DNA from: Methanobacteriaceae archaeon
GTDB taxonomy: Archaea > Methanobacteriota > Methanobacteria > Methanobacteriales > Methanobacteriaceae
Length of the DNA: 50,130 bases
NCBI GenBank assembly: GCA_003558085.1
Contig: PWMT01000053.1
Coordinates: forward strand, 1-50,130
Direction of reading: 5' to 3'
Shown here: positions 11,543-23,744 of the stretch, piece by piece
How the letters are laid out: every line of letters begins with the position of its first letter
Position numbering within the stretch: the first letter of the stretch is position 1
Notes under the pieces: generated by a model
Databases searched by the model: none
What the model was told of the DNA's origin: nothing
The model's input: the letters and a program-made list of their open reading frames with translations, nothing else
Translations under genes and position numbers: made by a program

Positions 11543-12379
11543 ATGCTAGAAAGATTTTTAGAGAATTACAAACCATTGATAGCTATTCCGATAATAATTA
11601 CTTTAATCGCCATACTATTAGTTTCTTTTAATGGTTTAGATCAAAGTATTGAACTTAGAGGCGGATCAATAGCAGATTTAAATTTAAATGAACCCATTTC
11701 ACAGACTGAATTAGAATCTATAATGATAGAAGGCCTAGATATAGATGAAATAAGAATACTATCATTTACCAATGAAGAAGCCACCATTGAAATAGGTGCT
11801 ACTCCTGAATTAGAAACTATATCAAATATATTAGGTGATAAAGCTAGTGTTACGAGTTTTAGATCTGTAGGACCGGTTTTAGGTCAAGAAGCACTTAATC
11901 AAGTATACTGGGCATTGGGATTTGCGTTTTTATTTTTGTCCATCACTGTATTTCTAATATTTAGAAATTTAATCCCTTCCCTAGCTGTTATTTTAGCTGG
12001 AGTTTCTGACATTGTAATAGCACTGGGAGGAATGTCTTTATTTGGAATACAATTATCCATAGCATCAGTTGGAGCATTATTAATGCTGATTGGTTTTAGT
12101 GTGGATACTGATATACTCCTAACCACTAGATTATTGAAAGAGAGAAAAGGAACTGTAAATGAAAGATCTATTGATGCTATGAAAACAGGAATAACCATGT
12201 CTTTAACTGCTATTGCAGCAATGTTATCATTATATATAGTTACAGTTCTTTTTATTCCTCAAGCAGAAGTTTTGAGTAATATAGCTGCAGTATTAGTAAT
12301 AGGTTTGAGTGCTGATATTGTTATCACCTGGCTTATGAACCTGGGAATAATTCGATGGTATCTGGAGGCTCGAAGATGA
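11543..12379 (+). CDS. secF: Protein translocase subunit SecF
   Basis: [31 protein letters not shown]; six TM segments; precedes secD. Confidence 0.93.
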   Translation: MLERFLENYKPLIAIPIIITLIAILLVSFNGLDQSIELRGGSIADLNLNEPISQTELESIMIEGLDIDEIRILSFTNEEATIEIGATPELETISNILGDKASVTSFRSVGPVLGQEALNQVYWALGFAFLFLSITVFLIFRNLIPSLAVILAGVSDIVIALGGMSLFGIQLSIASVGALLMLIGFSVDTDILLTTRLLKERKGTVNERSIDAMKTGITMSLTAIAAMLSLYIVTVLFIPQAEVLSNIAAVLVIGLSADIVITWLMNLGIIRWYLEARR

Positions 12380-13605
12380 AAAAGAAAGGATTTTCAGAAT
12401 TCATCAAAGATTATCGTGTAATGCTATTTATAATAGTATTTATTGGGAGTTTAATTGCCATTCCCACTCTAGGTATCCAGCAAGGTCTTGATCTTAAAGG
12501 AGGATCCCTAATCCAGCTAGAACTGGATGAGCCAGTGGACGCCGAAACTATGAATACTGTGACCAGTGTTCTAGATAGAAGATTAAATATTTTTGGAGTT
12601 ATGGATGTAGTGGTTAGACCCAGTGGAAATCAAAACGTTCTAATAGAAATTGCCGGAGTCCAACCTGATGAAGTATCGGAAATTGTAGGTAGTCCCGGTA
12701 AATTCGAAGCAAAAATTGGTAATGAAACTGCATTAAGGGGTACTGAAATTGTAAGTGTGCAGCCATACCAGATAACTGCCACTCAATGGTCTGTGCCTTT
12801 TAGAATATCTACTGAGGGAGCAAGGGAATTTGCAGATGTAGCTGAAGGACAAGCAGGTCAACCAGTAGATATGTACTTGGATGGTGAGTTAATATCGTCC
12901 CCAGAGTTAGATGAGGGACTGGCAACTGGTATTCCTTCCACTGAGGTTCAAATTACTGGTACAGAACCTACCAGGGAAGAAGCGGAAATTACGGCTAGAG
13001 AAATCCAGACCGTATTGCAATCTGGTGCTTTACCAGTTGGAGTAAGCATTGTGGGAATAAATAGTGTAACTGCTGATTTAGGAGAAAATTTTGTTGAAGG
13101 ATCATTGATTGCGGCTTTAATGGCTGTAATAGGTACTTCGGCTATTATTTTCCTTAAATATCGTAATCCTATAATAGTAATCCCCATTATCTTCACCGTG
13201 CTCTCGGAAATATTAATCATCCTGGGAGTAGCTTCGATTATACAATGGAATATGGATTTAGCAGCCATTGCCGGTATAATAGCTGCAGTTGGTACAGGGG
13301 TAGATGATCAGATAATTATAACTGACGAAGTACTTAAAGGCGGCCCCCAAAAGAAGAGAAGACGGGCTTCTATGCGAATGAAAATTAAAAGTGCGTTTTT
13401 CATTATCTTTGCAGCTGCTGCTACCTTGTTTGCTGCTATGTTACCCCTCGCATATGTAGGTTTTTCACGAGGTTATACAGGTATTGGGGTTCTATCTGGT
13501 TTTGCTTTCACCACCATCATTGGAGTGTTAATCGGAATTTTTATAACCCGACCCGTATACGCCAAATTAATTGAAAAAATAGTGGATAGACAGGCAAATA
13601 AGTAA
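12376..13605 (+). CDS. secD: Protein translocase subunit SecD
   Basis: [52 protein letters not shown] and ATGA overlap with secF stop support ATG 12376. Confidence 0.94.
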   Translation: MKKKGFSEFIKDYRVMLFIIVFIGSLIAIPTLGIQQGLDLKGGSLIQLELDEPVDAETMNTVTSVLDRRLNIFGVMDVVVRPSGNQNVLIEIAGVQPDEVSEIVGSPGKFEAKIGNETALRGTEIVSVQPYQITATQWSVPFRISTEGAREFADVAEGQAGQPVDMYLDGELISSPELDEGLATGIPSTEVQITGTEPTREEAEITAREIQTVLQSGALPVGVSIVGINSVTADLGENFVEGSLIAALMAVIGTSAIIFLKYRNPIIVIPIIFTVLSEILIILGVASIIQWNMDLAAIAGIIAAVGTGVDDQIIITDEVLKGGPQKKRRRASMRMKIKSAFFIIFAAAATLFAAMLPLAYVGFSRGYTGIGVLSGFAFTTIIGVLIGIFITRPVYAKLIEKIVDRQANK

Positions 13606-13625
13606 GTAATCTAGATTAACTAGAT

Positions 13626-13643
13626 TATTCTTTGTTTTTTTTT
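13626..13643 (+). terminator. Putative archaeal oligo-T terminator after secD
   Basis: T-rich tract (ttctttgttttttttt) about 20 nt downstream of the stop codon. Confidence 0.45.
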
Positions 13644-14065
13644 AAAATAAATTGAATTATTTTTATAGAGAATTATTAGCTTAAAAATGTTTTATATGAG
13701 GAAATAATCAGCTTTGAACTATTCTATGTAAATTGAAACTTGGCTTGTCTTATTTCACCCCTCGATATGATGATTTTTAGGATATCGCAGATTAATATCT
13801 AAATATAGCTTATAGTTAAAATATAAATTTAAAGTTTTTTTAAAGGGGGCTGTAGTTTTTAGGGGGGTGGTCCGCCAATTATGCAGAATTTCATTCCCTG
13901 ATTATTCCTTTTTTCTAAAAAAACCCATGATTATAGATTTTTAAAGATTGGTGAAGCTTTCAACACCTAACAATATTCTAGCTTTTTTTATAACTAAATT
14001 TTATATGATATCATTACAAGATATATGCCTAGAAAATTCTTTTTTAAAATCAAAGGGAGCATAAT

Positions 14066-14530
14066 ATGAAAAAACCTAAGGAGTTGAAAGTTAAACCTAT
14101 TAAAAATGGAACTGTTATTGACCATATAACCGCCAATAAAGCACTTAATGTACTTAAAATATTAAATTTACCTGATAATAAAAGCCAGGTAAGCATCGCC
14201 ATTAATGTACTTTCACCGAATATGGGAACTAAAGATATAGTTAAAGTTGAAAATAGAGAGCTTGATACTAATGAAGTGGATAAGATAGCTCTAATCGCTC
14301 CTAAGGCAACTATCAATTTTATTAGAGATTATGAACTGGTGGATAAAGGTAAAATTAAGCTTTCCGATGAAATAAAAGGATTATTGAAATGCCCCAATCC
14401 AAACTGCATCACCAATACCTCAGAACCAGTTATTGATCGCTTTTATGTTATTGAAAAGGAACCAGTAATTTTAAGATGTCATTATTGTGATAGAATTATT
14501 GAAGAAGACGAAATCGAAGCTCAATTTTAA
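14066..14530 (+). CDS. pyrI: Aspartate carbamoyltransferase regulatory subunit
   Basis: [25 protein letters not shown], Zn site CPNPNCIT...CHYC. Confidence 0.96.
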   Translation: MKKPKELKVKPIKNGTVIDHITANKALNVLKILNLPDNKSQVSIAINVLSPNMGTKDIVKVENRELDTNEVDKIALIAPKATINFIRDYELVDKGKIKLSDEIKGLLKCPNPNCITNTSEPVIDRFYVIEKEPVILRCHYCDRIIEEDEIEAQF

Positions 14531-14620
14531 AAATTTACTATATTCATGATTAATTAAATTTCATAACTCCTATTACAAAAAAAATCCTAGTATAGATCCC
14601 TGACTTCTAATTAGCTCTTT

Positions 14621-15865
14621 TTAATCAGCATATTTTTTTATAATATGTTGAGCCAATCGTTTGGCTAAAGCAATAATGGTTAATATAGGGGGTGCTCCAG
14701 GTGCAAAAGGCAGAACACTGGCATCTGATAGAAAAAGTCCTTTAACTGAGGTTTCAAGATTTTCATCCACTATTTTTCCAATGGGAGCTGTTCCACCAGG
14801 ATGAGCACCACGAGGATGAGTTGAAATAATAGTAGAAGGTTTAACCCCTGCTTCTGAAAGAATAGATCCGGCCACCGCTGAACCCTCTGCTAGAAATCTA
14901 ACATCCTGTAGTGTATTTTGTTTGAAAACTTTTTCTGGAGTTACCTGGCCTGAATTTTCATCTTTAATTTTAACCATTATACCTAGTATATCCTTTCCTT
15001 GGGCTCCATAATTTTTTAGTTTCTCCAGAAGAAAAGTGGAAAAATGAGGGGCTAAAATAAAATTATCAAATGGAACTAAAGTGGCCATCATCACTTCCTC
15101 ATAAAATTCTATATCCTTTAATATACCACCCACAGTAACAAAGGTATCCATGAAAAGATTATTTCCTGCCTTAATGCCTGATTTTTGGAGTATTCTTGGT
15201 GTTTCAATAGCACCAGCAGCCAAGATTACTAGATCAGTTTTAATATACTGGGAAGTTTGATCTGATGAATTTAAAATAGTAGTATCCTGAAAATTGCGAC
15301 GTATATTTACTCCCTTAAGTTTTCCTTTTTCTATAATAATTTTCTCAAGACCGGTATTGAAAAAAATTTGAGCTCCGGCCTCTTTAGCTTCATTTATAAA
15401 ATCCATAGCAGTCCATTTAGCATTTCTAGGACATCCAAAGGAACATTTCCCACAGGGTATACATTCTGAGGGGCGAATAAATTTAGGCATACTTTGTATA
15501 GGTAAATCCAGATTATATGCTGCCTCCATTAGTAATTTGGTGCCTTTACCTAAATGAGAATCAGGTAAGGGATTCACTTTTAATTCCTGTTCCGCTTCAG
15601 CTAATTCTATGGAGATATCAATACCCAGTGATTTTAATTCTTCCTGGAGAACTCTTACACCATTTCCCACTGATACCATAGTAGAACCACCCCCACAGGT
15701 GGTTTTCAACAGTTCTAAATCATTATCTCTGGCATCATAAGCGGTGAAAGCTTGTTGAGTTATGAGTAAAGGTCCTTTTTCAATCAAAGTAACAGGTAAT
15801 CCTGCTAGGGCCAACTCTTTGGCCACAGTAGCTCCCCCTGCACCAGATCCTACTATAATAATCAT
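14621..15865 (-). CDS. GMC-family FAD-dependent oxidoreductase with ferredoxin-like Cys motif
   Basis: IIVGSGAGG FAD motif, GGSTMV, CIPCGKCSFGCP, LAAGAIETPRIL, HPGGTA, DASVLP..PG.PP.LTI.ALA. Confidence 0.85.
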   Translation of the reverse strand: MIIIVGSGAGGATVAKELALAGLPVTLIEKGPLLITQQAFTAYDARDNDLELLKTTCGGGSTMVSVGNGVRVLQEELKSLGIDISIELAEAEQELKVNPLPDSHLGKGTKLLMEAAYNLDLPIQSMPKFIRPSECIPCGKCSFGCPRNAKWTAMDFINEAKEAGAQIFFNTGLEKIIIEKGKLKGVNIRRNFQDTTILNSSDQTSQYIKTDLVILAAGAIETPRILQKSGIKAGNNLFMDTFVTVGGILKDIEFYEEVMMATLVPFDNFILAPHFSTFLLEKLKNYGAQGKDILGIMVKIKDENSGQVTPEKVFKQNTLQDVRFLAEGSAVAGSILSEAGVKPSTIISTHPRGAHPGGTAPIGKIVDENLETSVKGLFLSDASVLPFAPGAPPILTIIALAKRLAQHIIKKYAD

Positions 15866-16023
15866 ACACTATCCCTCTTTAATCCTCAAATTTTGTCGAG
15901 GAAAGATTATATCCTAGAAAGAAGAAGATAAAGCTTTATAAAGTAGATCTTATTTAATTAAAATATATTATGTTTGTTGAAGGTTAATCAACATTTTTTA
16001 ACTCGGGAAAATGGTATATTGAA

Positions 16024-16410
16024 TTATTCCATTAGTGCTATGGCCTGGGTGGGACACGATGAAATGCAAAAACCGCAGCCAATGCATTTTTGATTATCTA
16101 TGTCAATATCCCAATCATCCAATATAGAAATTGCCTCTACTGGACATAGGGAAACACAGGCCCCGCATTCTAAACATTTATCAGTATCCTTTTTTACCAC
16201 TTTCAGTATAGGTGTGACTTCAATACCCTTATCTTCCATATACGAAATGCTTTCCGATGCTTGAGGACCATCAATTTCCACCAGCATTTTTCCTCCCCGG
16301 GGGGTGATATCTGCTTTTAAAATATTAAAGTCAATATCGAATAGTTTCATTATATCAGAAATAACTGATTTATTGACGATGCTAGTTGAAAATCTTAGCC
16401 ATGCTTTCAT
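16024..16410 (-). CDS. NIL-domain 2x[4Fe-4S] ferredoxin, probable partner of aspartate-semialdehyde sulfurtransferase
   Basis: FNILKA (NIL domain), CLECGACVSLCP and CIGCGFCISSCP; directly downstream of the DUF39-CBS gene. Confidence 0.85.
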   Translation of the reverse strand: MKAWLRFSTSIVNKSVISDIMKLFDIDFNILKADITPRGGKMLVEIDGPQASESISYMEDKGIEVTPILKVVKKDTDKCLECGACVSLCPVEAISILDDWDIDIDNQKCIGCGFCISSCPTQAIALME

Positions 16411-16424
16411 AAAAATGCCTCATT

Positions 16425-17969
16425 TTATTTATTATTCTTTTTACCAATTAAACGGGATATATCTTCTGCAGTGATCATGCCTTTAACCTTATTATCTTTA
16501 TCTATAATGGGAAGTCCTGAAATATCATTTTTATCTATTCTACGAGCTATTATATCGACTGGTTCATCTTCTCGAGCAATAATCACTTTTTTAGTCATTA
16601 CTTCTTCCAGTTTTGTTTTTCCCCGGGCTACAGCATCTGCTATATCCCAGGAGGTAACAATACCTTTTAATTTTCCATTTTTATCTACAACTGGTAAGTG
16701 GTTAATATCGTTATCCACCAACTTTTTAGCTACCTCCTTAACAGGATCTGTGGGGTGGGTTATAATTACCGGTTTTCTTTCAATATCACAAACCATTTTA
16801 GGAGGTTTTATTATATTCAGTGGTTTAACTAGCTGTCCTTTATTAGGTAATAAATCAACAGGATTGGAAAGTAAAAATTCTCCTTTTTGAATCCATTTTT
16901 TGAGTTCTTCAGCTACTTTAACTGCTCGTTTATAGGAGGAAAGAGGTGAAGTAGGCACTTCCCTTCCATTGATTTCAATTTTTCCAGATTTTAATTCCTG
17001 GTAATTAGTTTCCTTGATCACTGGCCTGGTCCGGCGTGGTACTCCATAGTCAAATATTTTACAACCAATATCTTCATCACTTATGGATGTTCTAAGAGCT
17101 ATATCTTCATTTAAAATAGGAATAGGTATGCCTGCACCCACAAATAATGTAGGGCCATAACTTGGCATGGTTGCGCCTCTAACAAAATCCGAATCCATTT
17201 TTTTTAGATCTCCTTTTAACATCAAGGTCCCTGAAGGAGTTATAGGGACTCCATGATGACGTTCTGCTTCAGTAAAATGCTGAGTGCCCTCCCCGATAAT
17301 ATAACCTGCGCTGCCGCAGAGAAAAATTCGAGTACCAATACCTATGGTCTGGAAGTATGGATCATTAAGTAAGGGACTCAATTCACCTGCACTGGAATAA
17401 GTTACATTTCCATAATTAGGTAAAAGTGTCCCCAGGTAAGTGTATAGTGTTTCTTGAGTAGAATTAGTGGCTGCCGCATAATTCTGATAGCAATTTCGAG
17501 GATTTACCATGGTGGCTTGATTAATATTTTCCAGAGTGATTGGGGCTTTAATCTTCTTTAATGGATAACAGTCAGTTCCATAAGCTTCTGTCATTAAATT
17601 TATTTCTTTACCTCTGACTAGATCCTCTATAACATGAGCCCCACCATAATCTAAACCAATATCTAAATCATGGTTAGGTTGAGTGGCACCTAAATAGGCA
17701 TCTACCGCTGCTAGACCAGAATATGCTTCCACTCCATTTAAATAAGTTTTATTCATTTTTATAGGAGGATCGCTGTGACCAAAATTAAAAAATACTCCGG
17801 ATGAACACATAGCACCAAATGTTCCGGTGGTGACCACATCAATTTCTTCAGCAACTGTTTTAATATCTTTATCTTTAGCAATAAGCGTCATTTCAGCTGC
17901 GGTTACTACCACAGCGTCTCCATTTTTTATCTTCTGGTTAATTTCTTCAATTGTTTTCAAAATATCCAC
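16425..17969 (-). CDS. Homocysteine biosynthesis protein (DUF39 + CBS pair; L-aspartate semialdehyde sulfurtransferase type)
   Basis: [46 protein letters not shown]-terminal CBS pair. Confidence 0.88.
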   Translation of the reverse strand: MDILKTIEEINQKIKNGDAVVVTAAEMTLIAKDKDIKTVAEEIDVVTTGTFGAMCSSGVFFNFGHSDPPIKMNKTYLNGVEAYSGLAAVDAYLGATQPNHDLDIGLDYGGAHVIEDLVRGKEINLMTEAYGTDCYPLKKIKAPITLENINQATMVNPRNCYQNYAAATNSTQETLYTYLGTLLPNYGNVTYSSAGELSPLLNDPYFQTIGIGTRIFLCGSAGYIIGEGTQHFTEAERHHGVPITPSGTLMLKGDLKKMDSDFVRGATMPSYGPTLFVGAGIPIPILNEDIALRTSISDEDIGCKIFDYGVPRRTRPVIKETNYQELKSGKIEINGREVPTSPLSSYKRAVKVAEELKKWIQKGEFLLSNPVDLLPNKGQLVKPLNIIKPPKMVCDIERKPVIITHPTDPVKEVAKKLVDNDINHLPVVDKNGKLKGIVTSWDIADAVARGKTKLEEVMTKKVIIAREDEPVDIIARRIDKNDISGLPIIDKDNKVKGMITAEDISRLIGKKNNK

Positions 17970-18242
17970 ATCCGATGCTATTTTATGGGATTAATAATTG
18001 GTTAGCATGTAGTTAATGTTGGTCATAATCCTTTCTAATAAATTAATTATTACATTTATAATTTAAAACTGAGATAATTCTATTTATGACTACTATTTAA
18101 AATATTTAATGCTCGATTTAATATAGATAAGTTTTAGGAAGATTAGGCCATGATTTTAGTTATTAACCTTGTCTTTTCTATAAATAAACAATCATATATG
18201 CTACAAGATACTAAAGTTTAATAATTCAAATAGGAAGATATC

Positions 18243-19616
18243 ATGAACCATCAACTGGATATAGATTTATTTGCTAAAATAATATCATCACTGGAAGATA
18301 AAGTAGATTATATTGATGTAAGGGCTGCTAAGGGAGAAACTACATCGATTATAATGAAAGATGGGCAAATTCAGGAAATAAAATCAGGCTTGGATCTGGG
18401 AGGAAGGGTCCGGGTATTGAAAGATGGAGCCTGGGGTTTTGCCTTTAGTAGTGATTTATCTAAAATGGAAGAAATGGGAAATCAAGCCCATAAATTAGCC
18501 AATTCTTTAAAAAGCAAGATCGAACTAGTTCCTACCGAACCAGTGCAGGATTATGTGAAATCATCTGCCGAGATACTTCCTTCCACTGTCCCTACTGAAG
18601 AAAAAAAAGACCTGATTAAAGAAGCTAGCCAGGCAGCTACTGTAGAAAAAGTGGTCAGTACTACGGTAAATTATGTGGATATGGAATCCACTAGTGTTTT
18701 ATTAAGTTCTGAAAATGCTGAGATTACCATGGAAGAATCTAAGGTTGGTTTATTTCTCAATGCAGTTGCCTCTTCTGAGGAAATGATTCAATTTGGTCAT
18801 GGAAGTTTAGGTGGGGCCAGAGGTTTTGAGGTTTTAAAAAAGGCTGATATAGAGAAATTTGGGCGTGAAATTGGTCTAAAAGCAGAGAGACTTTTAAATG
18901 CAGAGAAACCTCCTTCTGGAAAATTTCCAGTCTTGACTGACTGTGAGTTAACTGGTGTTTTTATTCATGAGGCTTTAGGGCATGCTGCCGAAGCTGATCT
19001 TATACTGCAAAATGATTCTATTCTCAAAGGTAAGGTGGGAAGTCGAATTGGATCTGATTTGGTAACCATAATCGATGATCCCAGCATGGATGCTTTTGGA
19101 TATTATGCCTATGATGTGGAAGGAACTAAAACTAGAGAGAATGTACTTGTGGATAAGGGAATACTGAGTTCAGTTTTAAGTTCTCGAGAGACAGCTTCTA
19201 AATTAAATATGCACTCATCAGGAAATGCTCGTTCGATAATAAGTGAGCAGCCCATAGTTAGAATGAGTAATACTTACCTTAAACCTGGAAATTTGAAATT
19301 TGAAGAGTTAATAGAAGATTTAAAAGATGGAATATATCTTAAAGGCTCTCGTGGAGGACAAGTTGATACAGGTAAGGGTATATTTCAATTCAATGCATCT
19401 GAATCATTTCGGATCGAAAATGGAGAAATTTCAACTCTTCTAAGAGATGTTTCACTCTCTGGTAATATTATGGAAACCCTATTAAAAGTGGATGGAGTGG
19501 GATCTGATTTTAAAATGAACATAGGTTTTTGTGGCAAAGCAGGACAAGTTGCTCCGGTGGGGGATGGCGGACCACATGTAAGAGTAAGTGAAGCTATGGT
19601 AGGAGGAGCTCAATAA
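18243..19616 (+). CDS. tldD: TldD/PmbA family metalloprotease
   Basis: [15 protein letters not shown] (HExxxH), DDP...[25 protein letters not shown]. Confidence 0.92.
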   Translation: MNHQLDIDLFAKIISSLEDKVDYIDVRAAKGETTSIIMKDGQIQEIKSGLDLGGRVRVLKDGAWGFAFSSDLSKMEEMGNQAHKLANSLKSKIELVPTEPVQDYVKSSAEILPSTVPTEEKKDLIKEASQAATVEKVVSTTVNYVDMESTSVLLSSENAEITMEESKVGLFLNAVASSEEMIQFGHGSLGGARGFEVLKKADIEKFGREIGLKAERLLNAEKPPSGKFPVLTDCELTGVFIHEALGHAAEADLILQNDSILKGKVGSRIGSDLVTIIDDPSMDAFGYYAYDVEGTKTRENVLVDKGILSSVLSSRETASKLNMHSSGNARSIISEQPIVRMSNTYLKPGNLKFEELIEDLKDGIYLKGSRGGQVDTGKGIFQFNASESFRIENGEISTLLRDVSLSGNIMETLLKVDGVGSDFKMNIGFCGKAGQVAPVGDGGPHVRVSEAMVGGAQ

Positions 19617-20182
19617 TGATATCAAATAGAGAAGGTGAATTTTTGATTGAATTAGCTAGACAAGCAATCGATACTTTTTTAAAAGAAAATAAAATAATAT
19701 CTATTCCCCCGGATACACCAGAAAAACTTCTAGATAAAAGGGGTATCTTTGTAACTATAAATGAAAAAGGAAATTTGAGAGGATGTATCGGCTATTGTGA
19801 TCCCATAAAACCACTAGCCCAGGGAGTAATTGAAGCAGCTATCTCTGCCGCTACAGCTGATCCTCGCTTTGATCCATTAAAAGAGTCTGATATGGATAAA
19901 ATTCAGCTAGAAATTAGTGTTTTAACTAAACCTCAACTTATAGAAGTTACTAATCCTCAAGAATATATTGATGCTATTGAGGTAAATAAAGACGGCCTAA
20001 TCGTCGAGAAAGGTTTTTATAAAGGTTTACTTTTACCACAGGTGGCTGAGGAATGGGGTTGGGATGAAGAAGAATTACTCTGTAATACTTGTATGAAAGC
20101 TGGATTATCTACTGATTGCTGGTTAGATTTAGAAACCAAGATTTATCGTTTTCAAGCCCAGATATTTCAGGAAAATTCATAG
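19616..20182 (+). CDS. AMMECR1 domain protein (TIGR00296 type)
   Basis: [32 protein letters not shown]. Confidence 0.92.
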   Translation: MISNREGEFLIELARQAIDTFLKENKIISIPPDTPEKLLDKRGIFVTINEKGNLRGCIGYCDPIKPLAQGVIEAAISAATADPRFDPLKESDMDKIQLEISVLTKPQLIEVTNPQEYIDAIEVNKDGLIVEKGFYKGLLLPQVAEEWGWDEEELLCNTCMKAGLSTDCWLDLETKIYRFQAQIFQENS

Positions 20183-20396
20183 ATTTTTTAAGTGAATGAA
20201 TCCTCCACTAATTAATGCTTAAATCTAATTTATTTGATTAAAAGTTTAAATCTAAATGTTTTTTGCATATAATTATGAAATTTAATAAGGTCTAATATAC
20301 ATAAAAAAAATTAATCCTCATATTTACTTTTTGGTGATTAGGAAGTAAAAAAAAACCAGTAATAATAATAATATTAAATATTAATCAAGTGATCTA

Positions 20397-21371
20397 ATGT
20401 TAATTCCCACCGTACCCACTACAAATGAGCTCCTGGATAAGGGTTTTAGAAGAGCAAAAAAAGCTGCTAGTTTAGTTAGAAGCTCTAAAATACCCAGATA
20501 TAAAAAATCAAAAAGAATTGAGGAGACTAGAGTTTTAACTTCTAGTCAGGTAATCAAAGACCGGCTTAAATTAATATTAAACCGAGTACCTGATATTGAA
20601 TCATTGCCAGAATTTTATCAGGATTATATTGATGTCACCGTAGGTGTAGATCCTTTAAAACAGTCCTTAGGTGCTTTAAACTGGTGTATGGGCATATTAA
20701 CCCAATTAGAAAAAGATTATGCATCACGTATTAGGCGATCAAGTCCTGAAAAAGCTGCTGAACTTCGAAAACAAGCTTATGGTAGGATCTCTTCGGTAGT
20801 AAATAAAATAGAAGATGATTTAAATTTTTTAGATTTTGCCAAAGCTAAACTTCGTAACATGCCAACGGTGGACTTAGAAGCCACCACCGTGGTTATAGCA
20901 GGTTTTCCTAATGTGGGAAAATCAACTCTTCTGCGTCAGCTAACCACTGCCGAGCCAAAGGTGGCTGATTATCCTTTCACTACTAAAGGTATACAGATTG
21001 GATATTTAGAAAGGAAATGGAAGAAAATTCAAATAATTGATACTCCTGGTCTTTTGGATCGACCAATCAGTGCCATGAATAATATAGAATTAAGGGCCAT
21101 GGTGGCCTTAGAACATTTAGCTGATGTGGTTTTATTTATTTTTGATGCATCTGAAAGTTGTGGATATCCAATGGAAAACCAATTTAAATTATTCACAGAA
21201 GTTAAAAAGATATTTAAAACCCCCATAATTTCTCTATTTAATAAAATAGATCTAGTCAAAAATATTAAATATTTAGAAAAATATACCCATAACATGGATA
21301 ATGTTATTATGCTTTCAGCCTCCCAAGGAAAGGGTATTGCAGAGTTAATTGAAATGGTGGAGGAATTTTAA
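20397..21371 (+). CDS. NOG1 family GTP-binding protein
   Basis: [28 protein letters not shown]; helical N-terminal NOG1 domain. Confidence 0.92.
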   Translation: MLIPTVPTTNELLDKGFRRAKKAASLVRSSKIPRYKKSKRIEETRVLTSSQVIKDRLKLILNRVPDIESLPEFYQDYIDVTVGVDPLKQSLGALNWCMGILTQLEKDYASRIRRSSPEKAAELRKQAYGRISSVVNKIEDDLNFLDFAKAKLRNMPTVDLEATTVVIAGFPNVGKSTLLRQLTTAEPKVADYPFTTKGIQIGYLERKWKKIQIIDTPGLLDRPISAMNNIELRAMVALEHLADVVLFIFDASESCGYPMENQFKLFTEVKKIFKTPIISLFNKIDLVKNIKYLEKYTHNMDNVIMLSASQGKGIAELIEMVEEF

Positions 21372-21853
21372 TGGCTGAGAAAAAAGAATTAGAACGTCAA
21401 GTAGAAAAACAAAAAGATAAATTAGAACGAGGAAAATCAGTTGCTGAAAAAATGATGGATGATGTACTTAAGAATATGCGCGAAATGCAAAATGAGTTTG
21501 AGAGGAAAATAAGCACATATACGGATCTACCTCAAAAGCCTTCCTTGGATCTCATTGAAACTGAAGAGAAAATACTGGTGAAAACAGATTTGCCTGGAGT
21601 AAAAAAAGAAGATATAGGAATAGAATTGACTGAAGATAAATTAGCAGTTTCAGCTACATTCAAAGAAGAAGTTGAAGTTAAAGAAGCCGATTATGTGAAA
21701 AAAGAACGAAAGTATGGGAAGGCCCGAAGGGAAATTTTACTTCCCGCTGAAGTTAAAGTAGAAGAAGCAACTGCTAAATTTGATAATGGAGTTTTAACTA
21801 TAGAATTACCAAAAGTTGAAGTAAAACCTAAATTCAATGTAGAAATAGAATAA
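21371..21853 (+). CDS. Small heat shock protein (Hsp20/alpha-crystallin)
   Basis: DLPGVKKEDI, ERKYG, AKFDNGVLTIELPK. Confidence 0.93.
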   Translation: MAEKKELERQVEKQKDKLERGKSVAEKMMDDVLKNMREMQNEFERKISTYTDLPQKPSLDLIETEEKILVKTDLPGVKKEDIGIELTEDKLAVSATFKEEVEVKEADYVKKERKYGKARREILLPAEVKVEEATAKFDNGVLTIELPKVEVKPKFNVEIE

Positions 21854-21871
21854 ATTTTTTTTTAATTTAAC

Positions 21872-22426
21872 TTATTTTTTTAAATTTTTGTATAATTGGG
21901 CAATACAGACTGATATTTTAGCTGCTTCTATAGCATCCGGAGTGAGAATAGTAATGATAGGTTCTTTACCCCAGGCACCTTTATGGTAAATTACATCAGG
22001 AACTTCACCTAATTTTTTAATGGCTTCTTTAACACCCCAAGGTATAGTTCCCCCTTCTTTAGAACGTATTTTTTCTGGTTCCTGGCTTCTATTGTAAGAT
22101 GAAACTTTAAGACCCAGTTTTTTACAAATAGTGATGATAAAAGGATCGTGTTTTAAATTAATGGCACTTCTTTTTTGAGGATCATGCTTTAAAACCGTAA
22201 GCACCATCCTCGCCATATGGGAAGATGCTCCAAATTCAGGATCTAAACAAGTTATGATCTGCTTATTATGGCGGCTAATTCTTCCAGGGAATCCGGCCAC
22301 TTCTTCAATTCTTTTTGCATCTTTTTTAGCCATTACCAAGTTAGTTCTAACTTCAGGTATTAGTTCAGCGAATTCTTCTGACTTTTCCAATATTTTCAGA
22401 GCATTTTTAAGGTTTTCTATTTCCAT
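21872..22426 (-). CDS. thiN: Stand-alone ThiN-type thiamine-phosphate synthase family protein
   Basis: LIPEVRTN, PGRI, FGASSHMAR, RSAIN, PDVIYH.G.WGKEP. Confidence 0.8.
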   Translation of the reverse strand: MEIENLKNALKILEKSEEFAELIPEVRTNLVMAKKDAKRIEEVAGFPGRISRHNKQIITCLDPEFGASSHMARMVLTVLKHDPQKRSAINLKHDPFIITICKKLGLKVSSYNRSQEPEKIRSKEGGTIPWGVKEAIKKLGEVPDVIYHKGAWGKEPIITILTPDAIEAAKISVCIAQLYKNLKK

Positions 22427-22625
22427 GATTCTAATATTGAATTTGATTTATATAATAATTACTAAAAATAAGATTAAAAAAATAAAAATACTCCTTAAAC
22501 AAATTTTTACTTAAAAAAATGAGGTTAAGCTAAAATATTTATAAAAAATAGAATATATGATTTAATCTAATCAATATAATATAGGATCTTAGAGTTAAAG
22601 TAAAACCCTAATATAGGTGATTGAA

Positions 22626-23084
22626 ATGAAACAGGTAAGCAGTTTTAAAGGCATAAATGGACAACTAAAAAGTTTTAAAGATGAGGTAGAAAATGCAGAA
22701 AAGATAATTTATGCTGGAGTACCCGGAGTATGCACCCCTTTTGCAGAACTTTTAGCTTATGCAGTAAGAGATAAAAAAAATATTTTCATACCTGACATTG
22801 AAATAGAAAAAGCCCGTGAAATGAAATTAACCGATTATGGGGTTGAATTAGGATCATCAATTAAAGCTGAAGGCGATGTTTTGGTTCTTTTAGGTGGTCT
22901 GGCCATGCCCAGAATTGGTTCAGAAGTAAGCGAGGTTAAAGAATTCATAGAAAAATTAGTAAAAAATAAAGGTAAAGTTATGGGAGTATGCTTCATGGAC
23001 ATGTTTAGAAAAGCAGGTTGGGACCAGCAAATTGACTTCGATTCTATTATCAACGCTGATATTGAAGGTTATATCTTGGAATAA
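22626..23084 (+). CDS. DUF2124 family methanogen conserved protein
   Basis: G.PGVCTPFAELLAY, VLLGGLAMP, GVCFM.MF.KAGW; GGTGA RBS before ATG 22626. Confidence 0.78.
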   Translation: MKQVSSFKGINGQLKSFKDEVENAEKIIYAGVPGVCTPFAELLAYAVRDKKNIFIPDIEIEKAREMKLTDYGVELGSSIKAEGDVLVLLGGLAMPRIGSEVSEVKEFIEKLVKNKGKVMGVCFMDMFRKAGWDQQIDFDSIINADIEGYILE

Positions 23085-23086
23085 AT

Positions 23087-23725
23087 ATGAAAAATCTTAG
23101 TCTAAAATCTGTGGGTCTGGAAAAAGGTCAGCTTTATGAAACCATCATATCCACCTTGAATGATGATGGTGTTGAAAATGCTGCTCCCATAGGGGTTTTA
23201 TGTAAAAATAAATATGAAATGGTATTATATCTTTATCAGGGTAGCCAGACTCATGAAAATATATTACGATCTGCCTCTTTTGTAGTTAATTTAACTCGAG
23301 ATGCATTATTATTTACTAGATCTACTTTAGGTGATCTTTCCAGTGATTATTTTTTTCATATGGAAGGAAATCCTATTTTAAAAGATAATGAGGCTTACAT
23401 AATAGCCAAGGTGACTCAAAAAAAGGAATTGTTGCGGCAAAATGATTATGGATCTTCTAAAATGACAGTGATAACTGCAAAGGCCGAAAAAATTATAAAA
23501 AATAGAGAATGTGTACATCCTCTAAACCGAGGAATATTGGCTGTTATTGAATCTTTAATATATTTTACTAGATTAAAATTAGCTGATCAGGAATCTAGAA
23601 AAATTCTTTATCTTAAAATAAAAGAAATGAATAGATTAGTGCAGAAAGTAGGTAGTGAAGCCGAAAAAAAGGCGGTGCAAGATATTTTAGATACTATTAA
23701 TCAAAATTTTTCTGAGTTAGAATAA
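23087..23725 (+). CDS. DUF447 family protein (FMN-binding split-barrel-like)
   Basis: YETIIST...NAAPIG, GSQTHEN, P.NR...AVIE.LI..TR. Confidence 0.8.
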   Translation: MKNLSLKSVGLEKGQLYETIISTLNDDGVENAAPIGVLCKNKYEMVLYLYQGSQTHENILRSASFVVNLTRDALLFTRSTLGDLSSDYFFHMEGNPILKDNEAYIIAKVTQKKELLRQNDYGSSKMTVITAKAEKIIKNRECVHPLNRGILAVIESLIYFTRLKLADQESRKILYLKIKEMNRLVQKVGSEAEKKAVQDILDTINQNFSELE

Positions 23726-23744
23726 AATAACTATTAAACAAGAA

